A DNA stretch of 64,000 nucleotides from Chloroflexi bacterium AL-N1 (GTDB lineage: Bacteria > Chloroflexota > Chloroflexia > Chloroflexales > Roseiflexaceae), in contig WYDT01000025.1 in the NCBI GenBank assembly GCA_013122435.1, positions 6,535 through 70,534 on the forward strand, given 5' to 3'. The notes beneath the pieces are model-generated. The model was given only the letters and a program-made list of their open reading frames with translations. It ran no database searches and had not been told where the DNA came from. The first letter of the stretch is position 1. The number at the start of each line of letters is the position of its first letter. The translations under genes were made by a program, and so were the position numbers. This document shows positions 50,775 through 61,637 of this stretch, one piece after another.

Positions 50775-51662
50775 TCATTCCAGTGGCACAAATCCATAGG
50801 ATTCAAGAATAGCCTGTCCTGCTGGGGAGAGCACCGTGTCCACAAACTGGCGGGATAGCGAAGTGTCTCGGACAGGAGCAATATAATAAGCGGCCTGGAC
50901 ATTTAAATGCTCAGGAATCTCTAAGATTGCTATCGCGGTTTGATCAACATTGGCAAACACATCGGAGCGATAGACTACCCCAGCATCGGCCTCGCCTAGC
51001 ATCACCTTGTTGAGCACAGCCCGCACATTTTGCTCGTAAGACACTATGTTTTCAAGCACATCAGTTTTGTAGGAAGGCGAAAATGCCGAATCACGACTTG
51101 CATTATCAAGGAATGTCTGTGTGTATGAGCCTACAGGCACCTCTTCTGCCGCGACAACGAGCTTAACCTCTGGACGTGACAGATCTGTTAACGTCATCAA
51201 CTGGGCCAGATTGGCGCGGGGGTAGACGACAACAAGCTCATTGTAGGCGAAAAGCTCTACCTGCTGGCGATCAAGCACTCCGGCATCGACCACCACATCC
51301 ATCTGTGTACGATTAGCCGATGCAAAAACATCGGCAGGAGCCCCACGAATGATTTGCTGGGACAATTGCGATGAACCGGCAATGTTTAATTCCACAGCTA
51401 TGTTGGTATGGTTGTTTTCAAACTGCTGGCCGATTTCCTCAAATGCATCCGTCAACGATGCTGCGGTGAAGAGCGTTAGTTCCTCATTCGCCGGATTATC
51501 GGATGATTCCATTGATAGAACACCACAGGCAGTAAGAGCAGAACTCATAGATAAGCAGCTGAAAAAAAAGCATATTCGTAATGCATTTCTCCAACAGATC
51601 ACTCTTTTGAGAGAGATAATCACAGCCAACGCATCGCTGCGGCACCCGCCAGAATAGCGCAT
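50775..51662 (-). CDS. modA: Molybdate ABC transporter substrate-binding protein; the true start is probably downstream of the listed alternative start
   Basis: TLFTAASLTDAFEEIGQQFE...ADVFASANRTQMD...LVVVYP matches ModA (ITVFAAASLTNA...ADLFISADQKWMD). Signal region ends LTAC. Confidence 0.75.
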   Translation of the reverse strand: MRYSGGCRSDALAVIISLKRVICWRNALRICFFFSCLSMSSALTACGVLSMESSDNPANEELTLFTAASLTDAFEEIGQQFENNHTNIAVELNIAGSSQLSQQIIRGAPADVFASANRTQMDVVVDAGVLDRQQVELFAYNELVVVYPRANLAQLMTLTDLSRPEVKLVVAAEEVPVGSYTQTFLDNASRDSAFSPSYKTDVLENIVSYEQNVRAVLNKVMLGEADAGVVYRSDVFANVDQTAIAILEIPEHLNVQAAYYIAPVRDTSLSRQFVDTVLSPAGQAILESYGFVPLE

Positions 51663-52462
51663 GCTAGCAACGCCGCAAGTGCCGATGGAGCAACAATATA
51701 TCGCATATGGGTCACTCGCCCGGCCATCCCCCCAAGAGTCAGTACCAACAAGAGTAAACCCATTGTTAAGGCCCCTACCACACCAATCGTGCTAACCAGC
51801 GCAATCGGATAATAGAATAGCGTTTGTTCCTGCATCACCAGAAAAGCAAACAGCAGATTGAGTGTGACAAGTATTCCCAGATTCCACCACGTCTGAAGTA
51901 CATAACGTGTCGATTCATCGGTACGTGGTCGACCGACCATCCCCACCAACCAGATGAGCGAACAGGCCATTGCCGTACCAAACAAGACACCAGTAAACAA
52001 ACGCAGTGGATTGGTGGGCGTGTACAGATGTGGCCAGCCAAGTGTTGCGAGCGTTGAATTAACGCCATCAAAAATCATAATCGCAAAAAAAGTCGCGATA
52101 ACTCTGTTCATGCGAGGAGATCCCAAACGACGCGCACCCACACGGCGTAGCACAGCCAGCGACACAAAGGCAAGGGTAAACCCACCATACATGCCTGTGG
52201 TACGCGCCTCCAACGGTAATCGCATGTCACCGGCTACAAAAGAATGCGCTGGACGCAAACCAGATACACCACCCATGGCGAGAAATAATTTCTCGGGTAA
52301 AGCCCCTGGTGCCAGGAGAAAAGCTACCAACACAGATGACAGCAATGCCAGAAACAGCCAGGACCAAACACCGCCCCAGCGTTGCTGCACCGTTTCTACA
52401 CGTCGTGCAGCCACTTCTCGTTGTGCGCGTTCGACAATTTGTTGAGCACTTTTCTGACTCAT
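51620..52462 (-). CDS. Hypothetical polytopic membrane protein (DUF2085-like)
   Basis: 280 aa with 6-7 hydrophobic helices. Overlaps the modA 5' region. Confidence 0.45.
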   Translation of the reverse strand: MSQKSAQQIVERAQREVAARRVETVQQRWGGVWSWLFLALLSSVLVAFLLAPGALPEKLFLAMGGVSGLRPAHSFVAGDMRLPLEARTTGMYGGFTLAFVSLAVLRRVGARRLGSPRMNRVIATFFAIMIFDGVNSTLATLGWPHLYTPTNPLRLFTGVLFGTAMACSLIWLVGMVGRPRTDESTRYVLQTWWNLGILVTLNLLFAFLVMQEQTLFYYPIALVSTIGVVGALTMGLLLLVLTLGGMAGRVTHMRYIVAPSALAALLACAILAGAAAMRWL

Positions 52463-52620
52463 ATCACCACCTCAAAAGAGTAGTATTAGGTAGTAGATTG
52501 AAAAAGTAACTTCTCATTCTTCCGCTCTAATGATACCTCAATACGAGTCCTAACGCCAAGCAATCCCAACTTGCAGAGACTATCAAGATATGCTACAAGT
52601 GCAAAAAATACTTCACCATA

Positions 52621-53985
52621 ATGGACAATCATTTAATTATGTCAATACAACACCCAGTACACAAAGCATCTTTTATATTGTTGCTTATAGCTGTATTCTT
52701 TGATTTAACTCATCTGGCAACGCCACGGATCACACAGGCAAACGAGCCACAGGAATCTGTGATCGGCACATCTACTGAGGGCCGCCCCATCAACGCAATA
52801 CGCTTTGGCGACGGAAAACGAAAACTTGTGGTGGTTGGCGACACGCATGGCGGGGCAGAAGCAAACACGTATACACTCACCCTACAGTTAATTGACTACT
52901 TCAATACCAATACAGAACAGATTCCCGCATCAGTCAGCCTTTACTTCATTCCCACCTTAAACCCGGATGGTCTTGAACTCGGCTGGCGTTTTAATGCCAA
53001 CGGTGTTGATCTGAACCGCAACATGAACACCAATATCGATGAGTGCTCTGAAAATGACTGGCGGGTGCGCGTCTATGGTGCCTACGGCACCGAGTCGGAC
53101 ACAGGTGGACCGTATGCCGAATCCGAAGCCGAAAGTCGTGTGATACGCGATTTTCTTCTCGATGCGAGCGGTGCCATCTTTTTGCATAGCGCCGCCGGTC
53201 TTGTATTTCCTGCCTTCTGCGAGCATACACCGTCTATCGAGATGGCACAGGTCTATGCGGAGGCTGCCGACTACACCTACGAACGCTACTGGGACGCTTA
53301 TTTTATTACTGGTGGAATGCACGATTGGGCCGGAAGCCTGGGCATTGCTGCCATTACCCCAGAACTGATCAGCGGTACCGAGAGTGAGTTTGAGCAAAAT
53401 CTGGCTGGATTGCTGGCTGTACTGGCGAATGACACCCAACTGCTCCCTTTGCCTGAGGATCAGGAAGAAGCAAACATCGAGATCCCTGCGTTGATCTGGC
53501 GCTACTGGCAGGCCCATGGTGGAGCAGATCTCTTTGGTGCACCGCTGGCCCCGGCAGAGCAAGACGGCGCGATTACCCGACAGGTGTTCGAGCGGGCCAT
53601 TCTGGAGCACCGCCCCAATCAGGCCGGAACACCACGTATGGTGCAACCCCTACCACTGGGACGTGAGGTACTGGCAGGACGTGAATTTGCCACAGTAGAG
53701 CCAACGCCAGACGCGCGGTTTTTCCCTGAAACAGGCCACACCATCCGCGAGTCATTTCAGAGTTTCTGGGAGCAGCATAGCGGTGAATATCTCTTTGGGG
53801 CACCACTCTCCGAAGAACACGAAGAATGGACCGCAGATGGGCAACGACGCATCGTGCAGTACTTTGAGCATGCGGTGTTTGCCTACTACCCGGAAGATGA
53901 CAGCGTACAACTTGAGCCGTTGGGTTGGCAGCGCCTAATCCACACGGAATTTGAACAAACGACCGCAGTGCAACAAATTCGATAG
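52621..53985 (+). CDS. M14-family zinc carboxypeptidase-like protein with two C-terminal LGFP-type repeats
   Basis: Signal/TM at the N-terminus. M14 core motifs VVVGDTHGGAE and NPDGLELGWRFNANGVDLNRNMN. Two ~45-aa repeats (W..HGG..LFGAPL...R.V.YFE.A). Confidence 0.65.
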   Translation: MDNHLIMSIQHPVHKASFILLLIAVFFDLTHLATPRITQANEPQESVIGTSTEGRPINAIRFGDGKRKLVVVGDTHGGAEANTYTLTLQLIDYFNTNTEQIPASVSLYFIPTLNPDGLELGWRFNANGVDLNRNMNTNIDECSENDWRVRVYGAYGTESDTGGPYAESEAESRVIRDFLLDASGAIFLHSAAGLVFPAFCEHTPSIEMAQVYAEAADYTYERYWDAYFITGGMHDWAGSLGIAAITPELISGTESEFEQNLAGLLAVLANDTQLLPLPEDQEEANIEIPALIWRYWQAHGGADLFGAPLAPAEQDGAITRQVFERAILEHRPNQAGTPRMVQPLPLGREVLAGREFATVEPTPDARFFPETGHTIRESFQSFWEQHSGEYLFGAPLSEEHEEWTADGQRRIVQYFEHAVFAYYPEDDSVQLEPLGWQRLIHTEFEQTTAVQQIR

Positions 53986-53997
53986 GAGCAATCACTC

Positions 53998-55275
53998 ATG
54001 GAATTGTTAGAAATTCCCACGTTCAGTGGAACACTTGATGCCACAGTCGACATTCCTGGCTCCAAAAGCATCACCAATCGGGCCCTGCTGGTTGCTGCGC
54101 TGGCCAATAGCGAGTCAACGATCTCCGGAGCACTGTTTAGCGAAGACACGCACTGGTTCTCAAAATGTCTTGGAGATCTGGGCATACCGATTACAGGAGA
54201 CGCCGATCAAGCAACATTCACTATAATCGGCAAAGGTGGTGCCATTCCACAGCCACAGGCCGATCTCTTCGTTGGTAACGCTGGTACTGCGGCCCGCTTT
54301 ATTACGGCAATGCTCGCCCTGGGCCATGGTACCTACCGCGTTGATGGCATCGCACGCATGCGCGAACGACCAATGGGCGAATTGTTGACAGTCCTTGAAC
54401 AGATGGGTCCCCAGATGTCCTTTGAAAATCAACCAGGATGTATGCCGTACGTGCTGCATAGCAATGGGCTCAACGGCGGCACCATCCGCATGCGCGCCCA
54501 CCAGACCAGTCAGCAACTCTCCGCACTGTTGATGGTCGCACCTTATGCTCAACATAATACTATTATTAATATTGACGGAGAACTTGTCTCCCGCTCCTAC
54601 ATCGAAATCACGCGCCGGGTGATGGCTGATTTTGGCGTAACGTTTGAGCAACAGGGAGACCAGCGTTTTCTGATCCACGCCGGGCAACAGTATCAGCCAC
54701 GAACATACCACGTTGAACCTGATGCCTCAAATGCATCATACTTCTTCGCAGCGGCTGCAATTACGAGAGGTCGCATTCGTGTCAAGCACCTGTCTGGCAA
54801 TTCGTGTCAGGGCGACTTTGGGTTTGTAGAGGTACTGGCAAAGATGGGCTGTCAGATACACACTACCGAGGATTACACGGAAGTGGTAGGCCCAGAAACA
54901 TTACGTGGTATCGAGGTTGACATGAACGACATCTCCGATACTGTTCAGACACTTGCTGCCATCGCACCATTTGCCGATGCACCAGTAACGATTCGAAATG
55001 TGGCACATATTCGGGTCAAGGAGACCGATCGTATTCATGCTGTGGTAACCGAACTACAGCGCTTAGGGGTACAGGTTGATGAATTTCAGGACGGTCTGCG
55101 TATCTACCCAAGCCAACCACATCCCACCAGTATTCAAACCTACAACGACCATCGGATGGCTATGGCGTTTGCTGTTCTGGGGCTCAGAGTCCCAGGAGTT
55201 GTCATTAACGATTCTGACTGTACGCACAAGACATTTCCAACGTTCTTTGATACATTCCTGGGGTTGTGGGAATAA
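53998..55275 (+). CDS. aroA: 3-phosphoshikimate 1-carboxyvinyltransferase (EPSP synthase)
   Basis: DIPGSKSITNRALLVAALA; LFVGNAGTAARF; RMRERPM; full-length 425 aa. Confidence 0.9.
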   Translation: MELLEIPTFSGTLDATVDIPGSKSITNRALLVAALANSESTISGALFSEDTHWFSKCLGDLGIPITGDADQATFTIIGKGGAIPQPQADLFVGNAGTAARFITAMLALGHGTYRVDGIARMRERPMGELLTVLEQMGPQMSFENQPGCMPYVLHSNGLNGGTIRMRAHQTSQQLSALLMVAPYAQHNTIINIDGELVSRSYIEITRRVMADFGVTFEQQGDQRFLIHAGQQYQPRTYHVEPDASNASYFFAAAAITRGRIRVKHLSGNSCQGDFGFVEVLAKMGCQIHTTEDYTEVVGPETLRGIEVDMNDISDTVQTLAAIAPFADAPVTIRNVAHIRVKETDRIHAVVTELQRLGVQVDEFQDGLRIYPSQPHPTSIQTYNDHRMAMAFAVLGLRVPGVVINDSDCTHKTFPTFFDTFLGLWE

Positions 55276-55313
55276 AAGGGGAAGAATATCAGAAGTGCAC
55301 CGGATTAGCTGTT

Positions 55314-56567
55314 CTAGTTGTAAGAGCGCTGATATGCAACATGCCGTAAGACCTCCACTACACCATCCTGTAGCGAGCCATAGGTAGTGATACCCTGAAA
55401 TGATATCTTTAACTCAATCATTGTTTGTGCCAGTGATGCAGTAATACCTGTAAGCAATACCCGTGCTCCTAATAATTGCAGAGACATAGCCAACTGTTGA
55501 ATATACTGTGCAGTTGTCGTATCAATCCCAGAAATACCTGTGACATCGACAATAACCGTCTGAGTTTTATTCGTATGCGCTGTTTGTAGAATAACATCAT
55601 TAATACGTTGTGCACGACCAGAGTCTAGATAGCCCACCAATGGAACTAACAAAACACCATTGAGGAGAGGTACAGCAGGAGTTTCAAGCTCTTGAATTAG
55701 ATTCAATAATGCTTGTAATTGTTCATTTTGTTTACGCACTAATGCTGTTTGATCAAGTTCAATAATCTGTGCTTTAATCGTATCTGCCATATGATTAAAA
55801 CTTTCCGACAATAGACCGAATTCATCCCGACGTCGTACAGTAACTCGTGCATCAAGATCACCATCCGATAGGCGTTTTGTAGCATTTTGTAGTGCTATGA
55901 GTGGACGAACAAAACGTACAGGAAACAATAGACTCCATGTAAGCGCTATGACCATAGCTACTATTCCTAAAGCTACCATTATTTGTAAAGTATTTCTACT
56001 AATAACAGCAAGCTCCTGACTCGCTACCTGAACCTGTCTACCCTTACTGTTAGCTACATTAGCTGCTGAACTGGTCAGACTCCGAATTGTATCCTTAAAT
56101 GGCGACATAGCCTGATTAGCAGTATCGGGATTCTGGATTTGACCAGCCTCAATCGCTTGTTTTACATCGAGAAAAGCAACTCTATAATTAACTAGATTCT
56201 CTTGCCACTCTAAACCTTGTTGACGATCAAGTTCTGTCGTTGCGGCGGCATTAAAAGTAGCAACAGCACGTTCAAGATCAGCATAAGCGTTTTGCCACAA
56301 AAACACATAATTTTCACGAATTGTACTATCGCTAAGATTAAGAAATGTATCTTTCTCATATCTACGGCACTGCAAAGTAGCCAGCGCAACTTCGCTTGCA
56401 ACACGACTAAGGTAGGCATCGACTTCAATAACTTCTTGCGCTGTTGTACGCACCTGTAGAAATCCAAACAAAGTTATTATAAAGACTGCAAGGATTAACA
56501 AGCTAAGCACACTCATAGCCGCGACAAGCTGAAAACGAATATTATAGCGAGATGGAGTATTGCTCAT
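55314..56567 (-). CDS. Membrane sensor protein with HAMP and C-terminal STAS domains (RsbR-like)
   Basis: N-terminal TM, periplasmic-type sensor, second TM, then HAMP (PLIALQNATKRLSDGDLDARV) and coiled coil. STAS segment ETPAVPLLNGVLLVPLVGYLDSGRAQ...VIVDVTGISGID. Confidence 0.65.
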   Translation of the reverse strand: MSNTPSRYNIRFQLVAAMSVLSLLILAVFIITLFGFLQVRTTAQEVIEVDAYLSRVASEVALATLQCRRYEKDTFLNLSDSTIRENYVFLWQNAYADLERAVATFNAAATTELDRQQGLEWQENLVNYRVAFLDVKQAIEAGQIQNPDTANQAMSPFKDTIRSLTSSAANVANSKGRQVQVASQELAVISRNTLQIMVALGIVAMVIALTWSLLFPVRFVRPLIALQNATKRLSDGDLDARVTVRRRDEFGLLSESFNHMADTIKAQIIELDQTALVRKQNEQLQALLNLIQELETPAVPLLNGVLLVPLVGYLDSGRAQRINDVILQTAHTNKTQTVIVDVTGISGIDTTTAQYIQQLAMSLQLLGARVLLTGITASLAQTMIELKISFQGITTYGSLQDGVVEVLRHVAYQRSYN

Positions 56568-56910
56568 TGACAGAGTCTTTCAATAACATATGATCGGCAT
56601 TGCACTCCCCGTATTATAGAGCACTGTACACGTGTACTTCTTATATAACATAATCTTTCTTTATTCTAAAAAGCATCAACTTTGAGAGTATCTATAGCTA
56701 AAGCAGATAGATGAATATGCCGGGATTAATTAAACTGAAGGCTGTCATCACACGAATCTATGAGCAGGTTAGCAATAAGATTGTTAGTAGTGGGGAACAA
56801 AACACAGAGGCGCTGTATAAGGCAATAGATGAACCAAAACAGCTCTTCATCAATCAGACAGATCATCTCAAATGAGGATCAGATTGAGAGATTACTGACC
56901 CTATCCATAT

Positions 56911-57633
56911 TCAGGTAATATCAGAACAAACAGATAATCTTTGTTCCCAATCCCGCTGCGCTTGCTCATATGCCTCAGGTGTGCCAATGTCTAACAGATA
57001 CCCTTGTAATTCACGTCCGTATACCGTTGCGCCCAACTGTAGCAATGTGGGGATAATATCATGTCCGAAATCGCTTACACCATGTGGGATGTGTGCGAGT
57101 ACCTCCGGATTACATACATACACACCTGCATTGGCGGTTGTTCCGCTATCCCATACCATGGGTTTCTCCACAAAGCGCAGGACACGCCCTTTACGACTTA
57201 GCTCAATCATCCCTTGTGAGTGTGGTGTGGTTGTGTGCTTCAAGGCAATGGTCATTAATGCATGTTGTTGTTGATGAAAGTTGATCAGATCATCAAGATC
57301 AAAATCCATCAGCAGATCGCCATATATTACCAGGAATGGCGTATCGAAAAAGCCTGGAAAGTTGCGTACGGCCCCCGCAGTGCCACGAAGTTCTGGCTCA
57401 TAAGCATAATGCAGCTGCATATCGAACTGTGAACCATCGCCCAAACCCTCTCGCACAACATGTGGAAAATGATGCAGATTAAGGGCAGCTTCCTGCACAC
57501 CATAGCGCCGCAACCAGCGCAGTGTCCACGTTAGGAGGGGTACACCTGCAACAGACAACATAGGCTTTGGACATGTATTTGTAAGCGGGCGTAAACGTGT
57601 GCCAGCACCCGCAGCAAGAATCAATGCTTTCAT
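56911..57633 (-). CDS. Sugar-phosphate nucleotidyltransferase (NTP_transferase family, short form)
   Basis: MKALILAAGAGTRLRPLTNTCPKPML; YGDLL; 240 aa. Confidence 0.7.
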   Translation of the reverse strand: MKALILAAGAGTRLRPLTNTCPKPMLSVAGVPLLTWTLRWLRRYGVQEAALNLHHFPHVVREGLGDGSQFDMQLHYAYEPELRGTAGAVRNFPGFFDTPFLVIYGDLLMDFDLDDLINFHQQQHALMTIALKHTTTPHSQGMIELSRKGRVLRFVEKPMVWDSGTTANAGVYVCNPEVLAHIPHGVSDFGHDIIPTLLQLGATVYGRELQGYLLDIGTPEAYEQAQRDWEQRLSVCSDIT

Positions 57634-57805
57634 GCATAACTCCAGTACATAGTTTCCTTTCTAATATGAACGCAATTCCATAGACTAAAGATACCCTCGT
57701 CAAGCACTTATGTGAGTTCTCCCACTGGCTTCAAAACATAGATATATATCAATATGTGGTATATGCTGCTCTCAAACACGTTAACAACGCCATCTGGAGG
57801 ACATT

Positions 57806-58060
57806 ATGCCTATCATCATTATTCTGGCACTCAGTGTTGTTACTGCCTATATGAGCAGTTATGTAGATCACCTCAAGATCTTCACTTTAACCAACGCAGT
57901 TATCGGGCTTTTTAGTGGGTGTCTTGGAATAGGTATTGTACAATTGCTGGGGAATGCAAACATGAGTGGGAATGAAGCAGGTTTTGCACTCTTTATTGGC
58001 TGTAGTTTCGCATTGGGTCTGAAATCACTACAGCGAGACTTATACTTGGACAAAGACTAG
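57806..58060 (+). CDS. Small hypothetical membrane protein
   Basis: 84 aa with two hydrophobic helices. No SD evident. Confidence 0.3.
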   Translation: MPIIIILALSVVTAYMSSYVDHLKIFTLTNAVIGLFSGCLGIGIVQLLGNANMSGNEAGFALFIGCSFALGLKSLQRDLYLDKD

Positions 58061-58063
58061 CTG

Positions 58064-58699
58064 TTATTGTGGATCATTAGCAAGAGCGACATACGTACCC
58101 AGAGCAATTAATGCACAACCTGAAAAAATACGTTGGCCACGTCGAAAGCGAACACGTTCCTGCAAACGCTGTCCAATGGGTCCAGCAAATGTAGCAACAA
58201 CTAAATCAACGCTGGTATTGAGCCCTACCGAAATACTGCCTAAAACGAGGAATTGCAACACAATCGGACCATATGGATTAATAAATTGGGGTAAAAATGC
58301 GAGGAAGAAGAGGGCCGTTTTAGGATTTAAGACTTCAGTCAAGATACCCTGCATAAAGATATACCGCGTGCTGGTACGCTCAATGAGTTCACTGCGAAAC
58401 TCAACTTTCTGGCTCATGAGCATATGAATTCCCAGATACATAAGATATGCCGCCCCCATCCATTTGATGACGCCGAAGGCCAACGCCGATGTAGCCAGAA
58501 TCGCAGATAAGCCAAGCGCTGCCGCCAGCACATGACCTAATCCACCCACCGCCGTACCAAACGACGAAGCAATCCCATCACAACGCCCACCGCTCAAACT
58601 TCGTGTCAAAACATACAAAATACCGGGACCGGGTGTCACAGCGAGAATAAGAGCAGCGGAAAAAAAGAGGCCAAATGAATGAGCAGAGGGCATATACAT
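58064..58699 (-). CDS. LysE/RhtB-family amino-acid exporter
   Basis: Six TM helices. N-terminal LILAVTPGPGILYVLTRS is typical of the family. Confidence 0.75.
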   Translation of the reverse strand: MYMPSAHSFGLFFSAALILAVTPGPGILYVLTRSLSGGRCDGIASSFGTAVGGLGHVLAAALGLSAILATSALAFGVIKWMGAAYLMYLGIHMLMSQKVEFRSELIERTSTRYIFMQGILTEVLNPKTALFFLAFLPQFINPYGPIVLQFLVLGSISVGLNTSVDLVVATFAGPIGQRLQERVRFRRGQRIFSGCALIALGTYVALANDPQ

Positions 58700-58893
58700 A
58701 TCCTGACACTACGTGCTTTCTGCCTCATCATACGACTATACATTCAGCACATACAAGAGCCAATGTAGATTGTGAGGACAGGTCCATTTTCACCGCACTA
58801 TGCAAAGCCACTGACACACAAAGCAATCTCAACAGAACGTGGTACAATTGTGCGTAATAGCAAGAAGACGTTTAGCACCACAGATAGATATCG

Positions 58894-60036
58894 ATGAGTA
58901 GTTTACGAGAAACATTTACCATCTTAGCAATTGAAACCTCGTGCGATGAGACCGCCGCCGCTATCGTACGTGATGGCACCGAGATCGTCACCAATGTCGT
59001 CGCCTCACAGATCGACGAACATCGACGCTACGGCGGCATTGTCCCAGAAGTCGCATCTCGACAACACATTCTCACCATGGTACCCGTCATAGAAGAAGCA
59101 TTAAGCATCTTACCTGATGGGCTAGACTCAGTTGATGCCATTGCTGCAACGTATGGCCCAGGTCTTTCTGGTGCGCTATTGACGGGGCTCAATATTGCGA
59201 AAGCCATCGCATGGGGGCGCAACTTGCCTTTTGTAGGGGTCAATCATATCGAGGCCCACATCTATGCAAACTGGCTTACAACCACCCCAACGAACAACGA
59301 TCAAGCCACAAAGGCACCTGAACCACCCCAATTTCCGATCATAGCGCTCGTGGTTTCTGGTGGACATACAATGCTCGTGTTGCTTGAGGATCATGGGCGT
59401 TATCAGATACTGGGGCAAACACGCGATGATGCAGCCGGGGAAGCATTTGACAAGGTCGCACGTATTATGGGGCTTAGCTTCCCTGGAGGTCCGGCCATTC
59501 AAGAGGCCGCCGCGAACGCACCTGGGGGTGTCACCCTGCCCCGCGCATGGCTACGTGATACTTATGATTTTTCATTTAGCGGATTAAAAACGGCAGCACT
59601 GCATCACGTCCAGAACTGGCAAGAACGTGAGGCACGCCTGACCACTCCTCAGCGAACGCCCAAGAATGATAATGTTCCTCCAAAGGCCAAGGGTATCTCA
59701 CCACACATAGCCCTTTCTGAGCGCTATGTAGCCCAACTCGCCTACGCATTTCAGGAGTCGGTCGTCGATGTGTTGGTCACGAAAACAATCAACGCTGCCC
59801 GTGCTTTTGCAGCAACTGAGATCTTATTGGCGGGCGGGGTAGCAGCAAACCAACGTCTGCGCGAAGAGATGAGTCGGCGAGCCAGTGTGCCAGTGCGGTA
59901 TCCACCAGTTTCGCTCTGTACAGACAACGCCGCGATGGTGGCTGCTGCAGCTTTCTATCGTTTCGATGCCGGGCTGCAGAGCGGATGGGATCTGGATGTC
60001 CAGCCCAATCTCAAATTAGCCTCATCAGGAGATTGA
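58894..60036 (+). CDS. tsaD: tRNA N6-adenosine threonylcarbamoyltransferase
   Basis: ILAIETSCDETAAAIV; HIEAHIYAN; VVSGGHT; GEAFDKVARIMGL; CTDNAAMVA. Collinear with E. coli TsaD, with two insertions. Confidence 0.85.
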   Translation: MSSLRETFTILAIETSCDETAAAIVRDGTEIVTNVVASQIDEHRRYGGIVPEVASRQHILTMVPVIEEALSILPDGLDSVDAIAATYGPGLSGALLTGLNIAKAIAWGRNLPFVGVNHIEAHIYANWLTTTPTNNDQATKAPEPPQFPIIALVVSGGHTMLVLLEDHGRYQILGQTRDDAAGEAFDKVARIMGLSFPGGPAIQEAAANAPGGVTLPRAWLRDTYDFSFSGLKTAALHHVQNWQEREARLTTPQRTPKNDNVPPKAKGISPHIALSERYVAQLAYAFQESVVDVLVTKTINAARAFAATEILLAGGVAANQRLREEMSRRASVPVRYPPVSLCTDNAAMVAAAAFYRFDAGLQSGWDLDVQPNLKLASSGD

Positions 60037-60049
60037 AGTGGTGAGATAA

Positions 60050-60415
60050 CTACTTTTTCGGCTCACCTGCAACCCACAAACCATCTTCCCGTTGATGACT
60101 CAATATATGCAAGCCATCAAGTGGGCCATCGAGTTCAACTGCACCGAGCGCTGCCCGCAACTCGGTGTGGGTTGTCGCACCAAGCAACGTGGCCTGTTCC
60201 ACACGAGCACCAACAAACTTGATTTCCAGCAACATTCCTATGGTAATAGTGTAACGATCTGAGACATTGCTGAAGGCTTGCTCATCAACGGTCAATTCTT
60301 CTTCTGCATCTGGTGCATCTGCTGGTACTGCGGTGAATGTTACCGTATCACCACCAAAAAACCCTCCAAAGTTATGAACTTCTTTTACCAGATACTGTTT
60401 GATCTGTTCACTCAT
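60050..60415 (-). CDS. Hypothetical protein
   Basis: 121-aa ORF convergent with tsaD. No motif recognised. Confidence 0.35.
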   Translation of the reverse strand: MSEQIKQYLVKEVHNFGGFFGGDTVTFTAVPADAPDAEEELTVDEQAFSNVSDRYTITIGMLLEIKFVGARVEQATLLGATTHTELRAALGAVELDGPLDGLHILSHQREDGLWVAGEPKK

Positions 60416-60605
60416 GTAGCCACTTCCTAAATTATCCTATCACCGGATGGTGCACACCCATTATAACAAACACAGCCGCTCCAAAAGAACGAATACAAAC
60501 GTTTATGTATAGCAACAACATACTGTGTTGACACAACACGACGCTGTGCTACACTCTAGCACACAAATGACCTGCTTACATACTGACTGATTTTTGGAGA
60601 AACTA

Positions 60606-61637
60606 ATGCACAACTTGCTTATTACGGGAGGCGCGGGCTTTATTGGTAGCAACTTTGTTGAATATCTATTCAATCGATACCCAGACTATCGCGTTGTTGT
60701 CTACGATAAACTGACATATGCCGGACGGCTGGAAAACCTGGAGCGATTTCAGAGTCATCACCATTTTACCTTTGTTCAAGGGGACATCGCAGACCCAGAT
60801 ACACTTGGTAAAACTATTGAAATCTATGCTATTGACACATTGGTCAACTTTGCAGCAGAAACCCACGTTGATCGCTCGATTATGGCGCCAGATGCATTTA
60901 TTCATACAGATGTCCATGGCACCTATGTCTTGTTAGAAGCAGTCAAAGCCTACCAGCTTGAACGAGCCCTTTTTGTCAGTACCGATGAGGTGTATGGACA
61001 CATTCCTCATGGTATGTCATCGGTCGAAGACGATGCACTTAAGCCACGATCTCCCTACGCAGCATCAAAAGCTGGTGGCGAGCATCTGGTGTATGCCTAT
61101 CATATCACGTACAACCTCCCGGTGATTGTAACGCGTGGTACGAACAATATTGGCCCCTACCAGTACCCAGAAAAAGCAGTTCCTTTGTTTATCACCAATG
61201 CGATTGATGATATCCCGTTACCCATTTATGGTGATGGCCGACAGATGCGTGATTATCAATACGTTATGGATCATTGTGAGGGAATCGATGTCGCTTTACA
61301 TCACGGACACTTTGGCGAGGCGTACAATATAGGTTCGGGGGTGGAGACCGAAAACATGGTGATGGCACATGCGATCCTCGATCTCCTTGGCAAACCACAC
61401 AGTCTGATCCAACATGTCACGGACCGCGCAGGCCACGACCGACGTTACTCGGTTAAAACAGATAAAATCAGCACACTGGGATGGCAATCACAACATACGT
61501 TTGAGGAAGCTATTGAAAAAACAGTTCGCTGGTACGTCGGGAATCAAGATTGGTGGCGCCCCCTCAAAAGTGGCGAATACTTAGACTATTACCGTAAACA
61601 ATATGTTGAGCGTGGATCAGGATCTCTTACCGCATAA
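60606..61637 (+). CDS. rfbB: dTDP-glucose 4,6-dehydratase
   Basis: LLITGGAGFIGSNFV; YDKLTYAG; catalytic TDEVYG...YAASKA; 343 aa from the ATG at 60606. Confidence 0.85.
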   Translation: MHNLLITGGAGFIGSNFVEYLFNRYPDYRVVVYDKLTYAGRLENLERFQSHHHFTFVQGDIADPDTLGKTIEIYAIDTLVNFAAETHVDRSIMAPDAFIHTDVHGTYVLLEAVKAYQLERALFVSTDEVYGHIPHGMSSVEDDALKPRSPYAASKAGGEHLVYAYHITYNLPVIVTRGTNNIGPYQYPEKAVPLFITNAIDDIPLPIYGDGRQMRDYQYVMDHCEGIDVALHHGHFGEAYNIGSGVETENMVMAHAILDLLGKPHSLIQHVTDRAGHDRRYSVKTDKISTLGWQSQHTFEEAIEKTVRWYVGNQDWWRPLKSGEYLDYYRKQYVERGSGSLTA

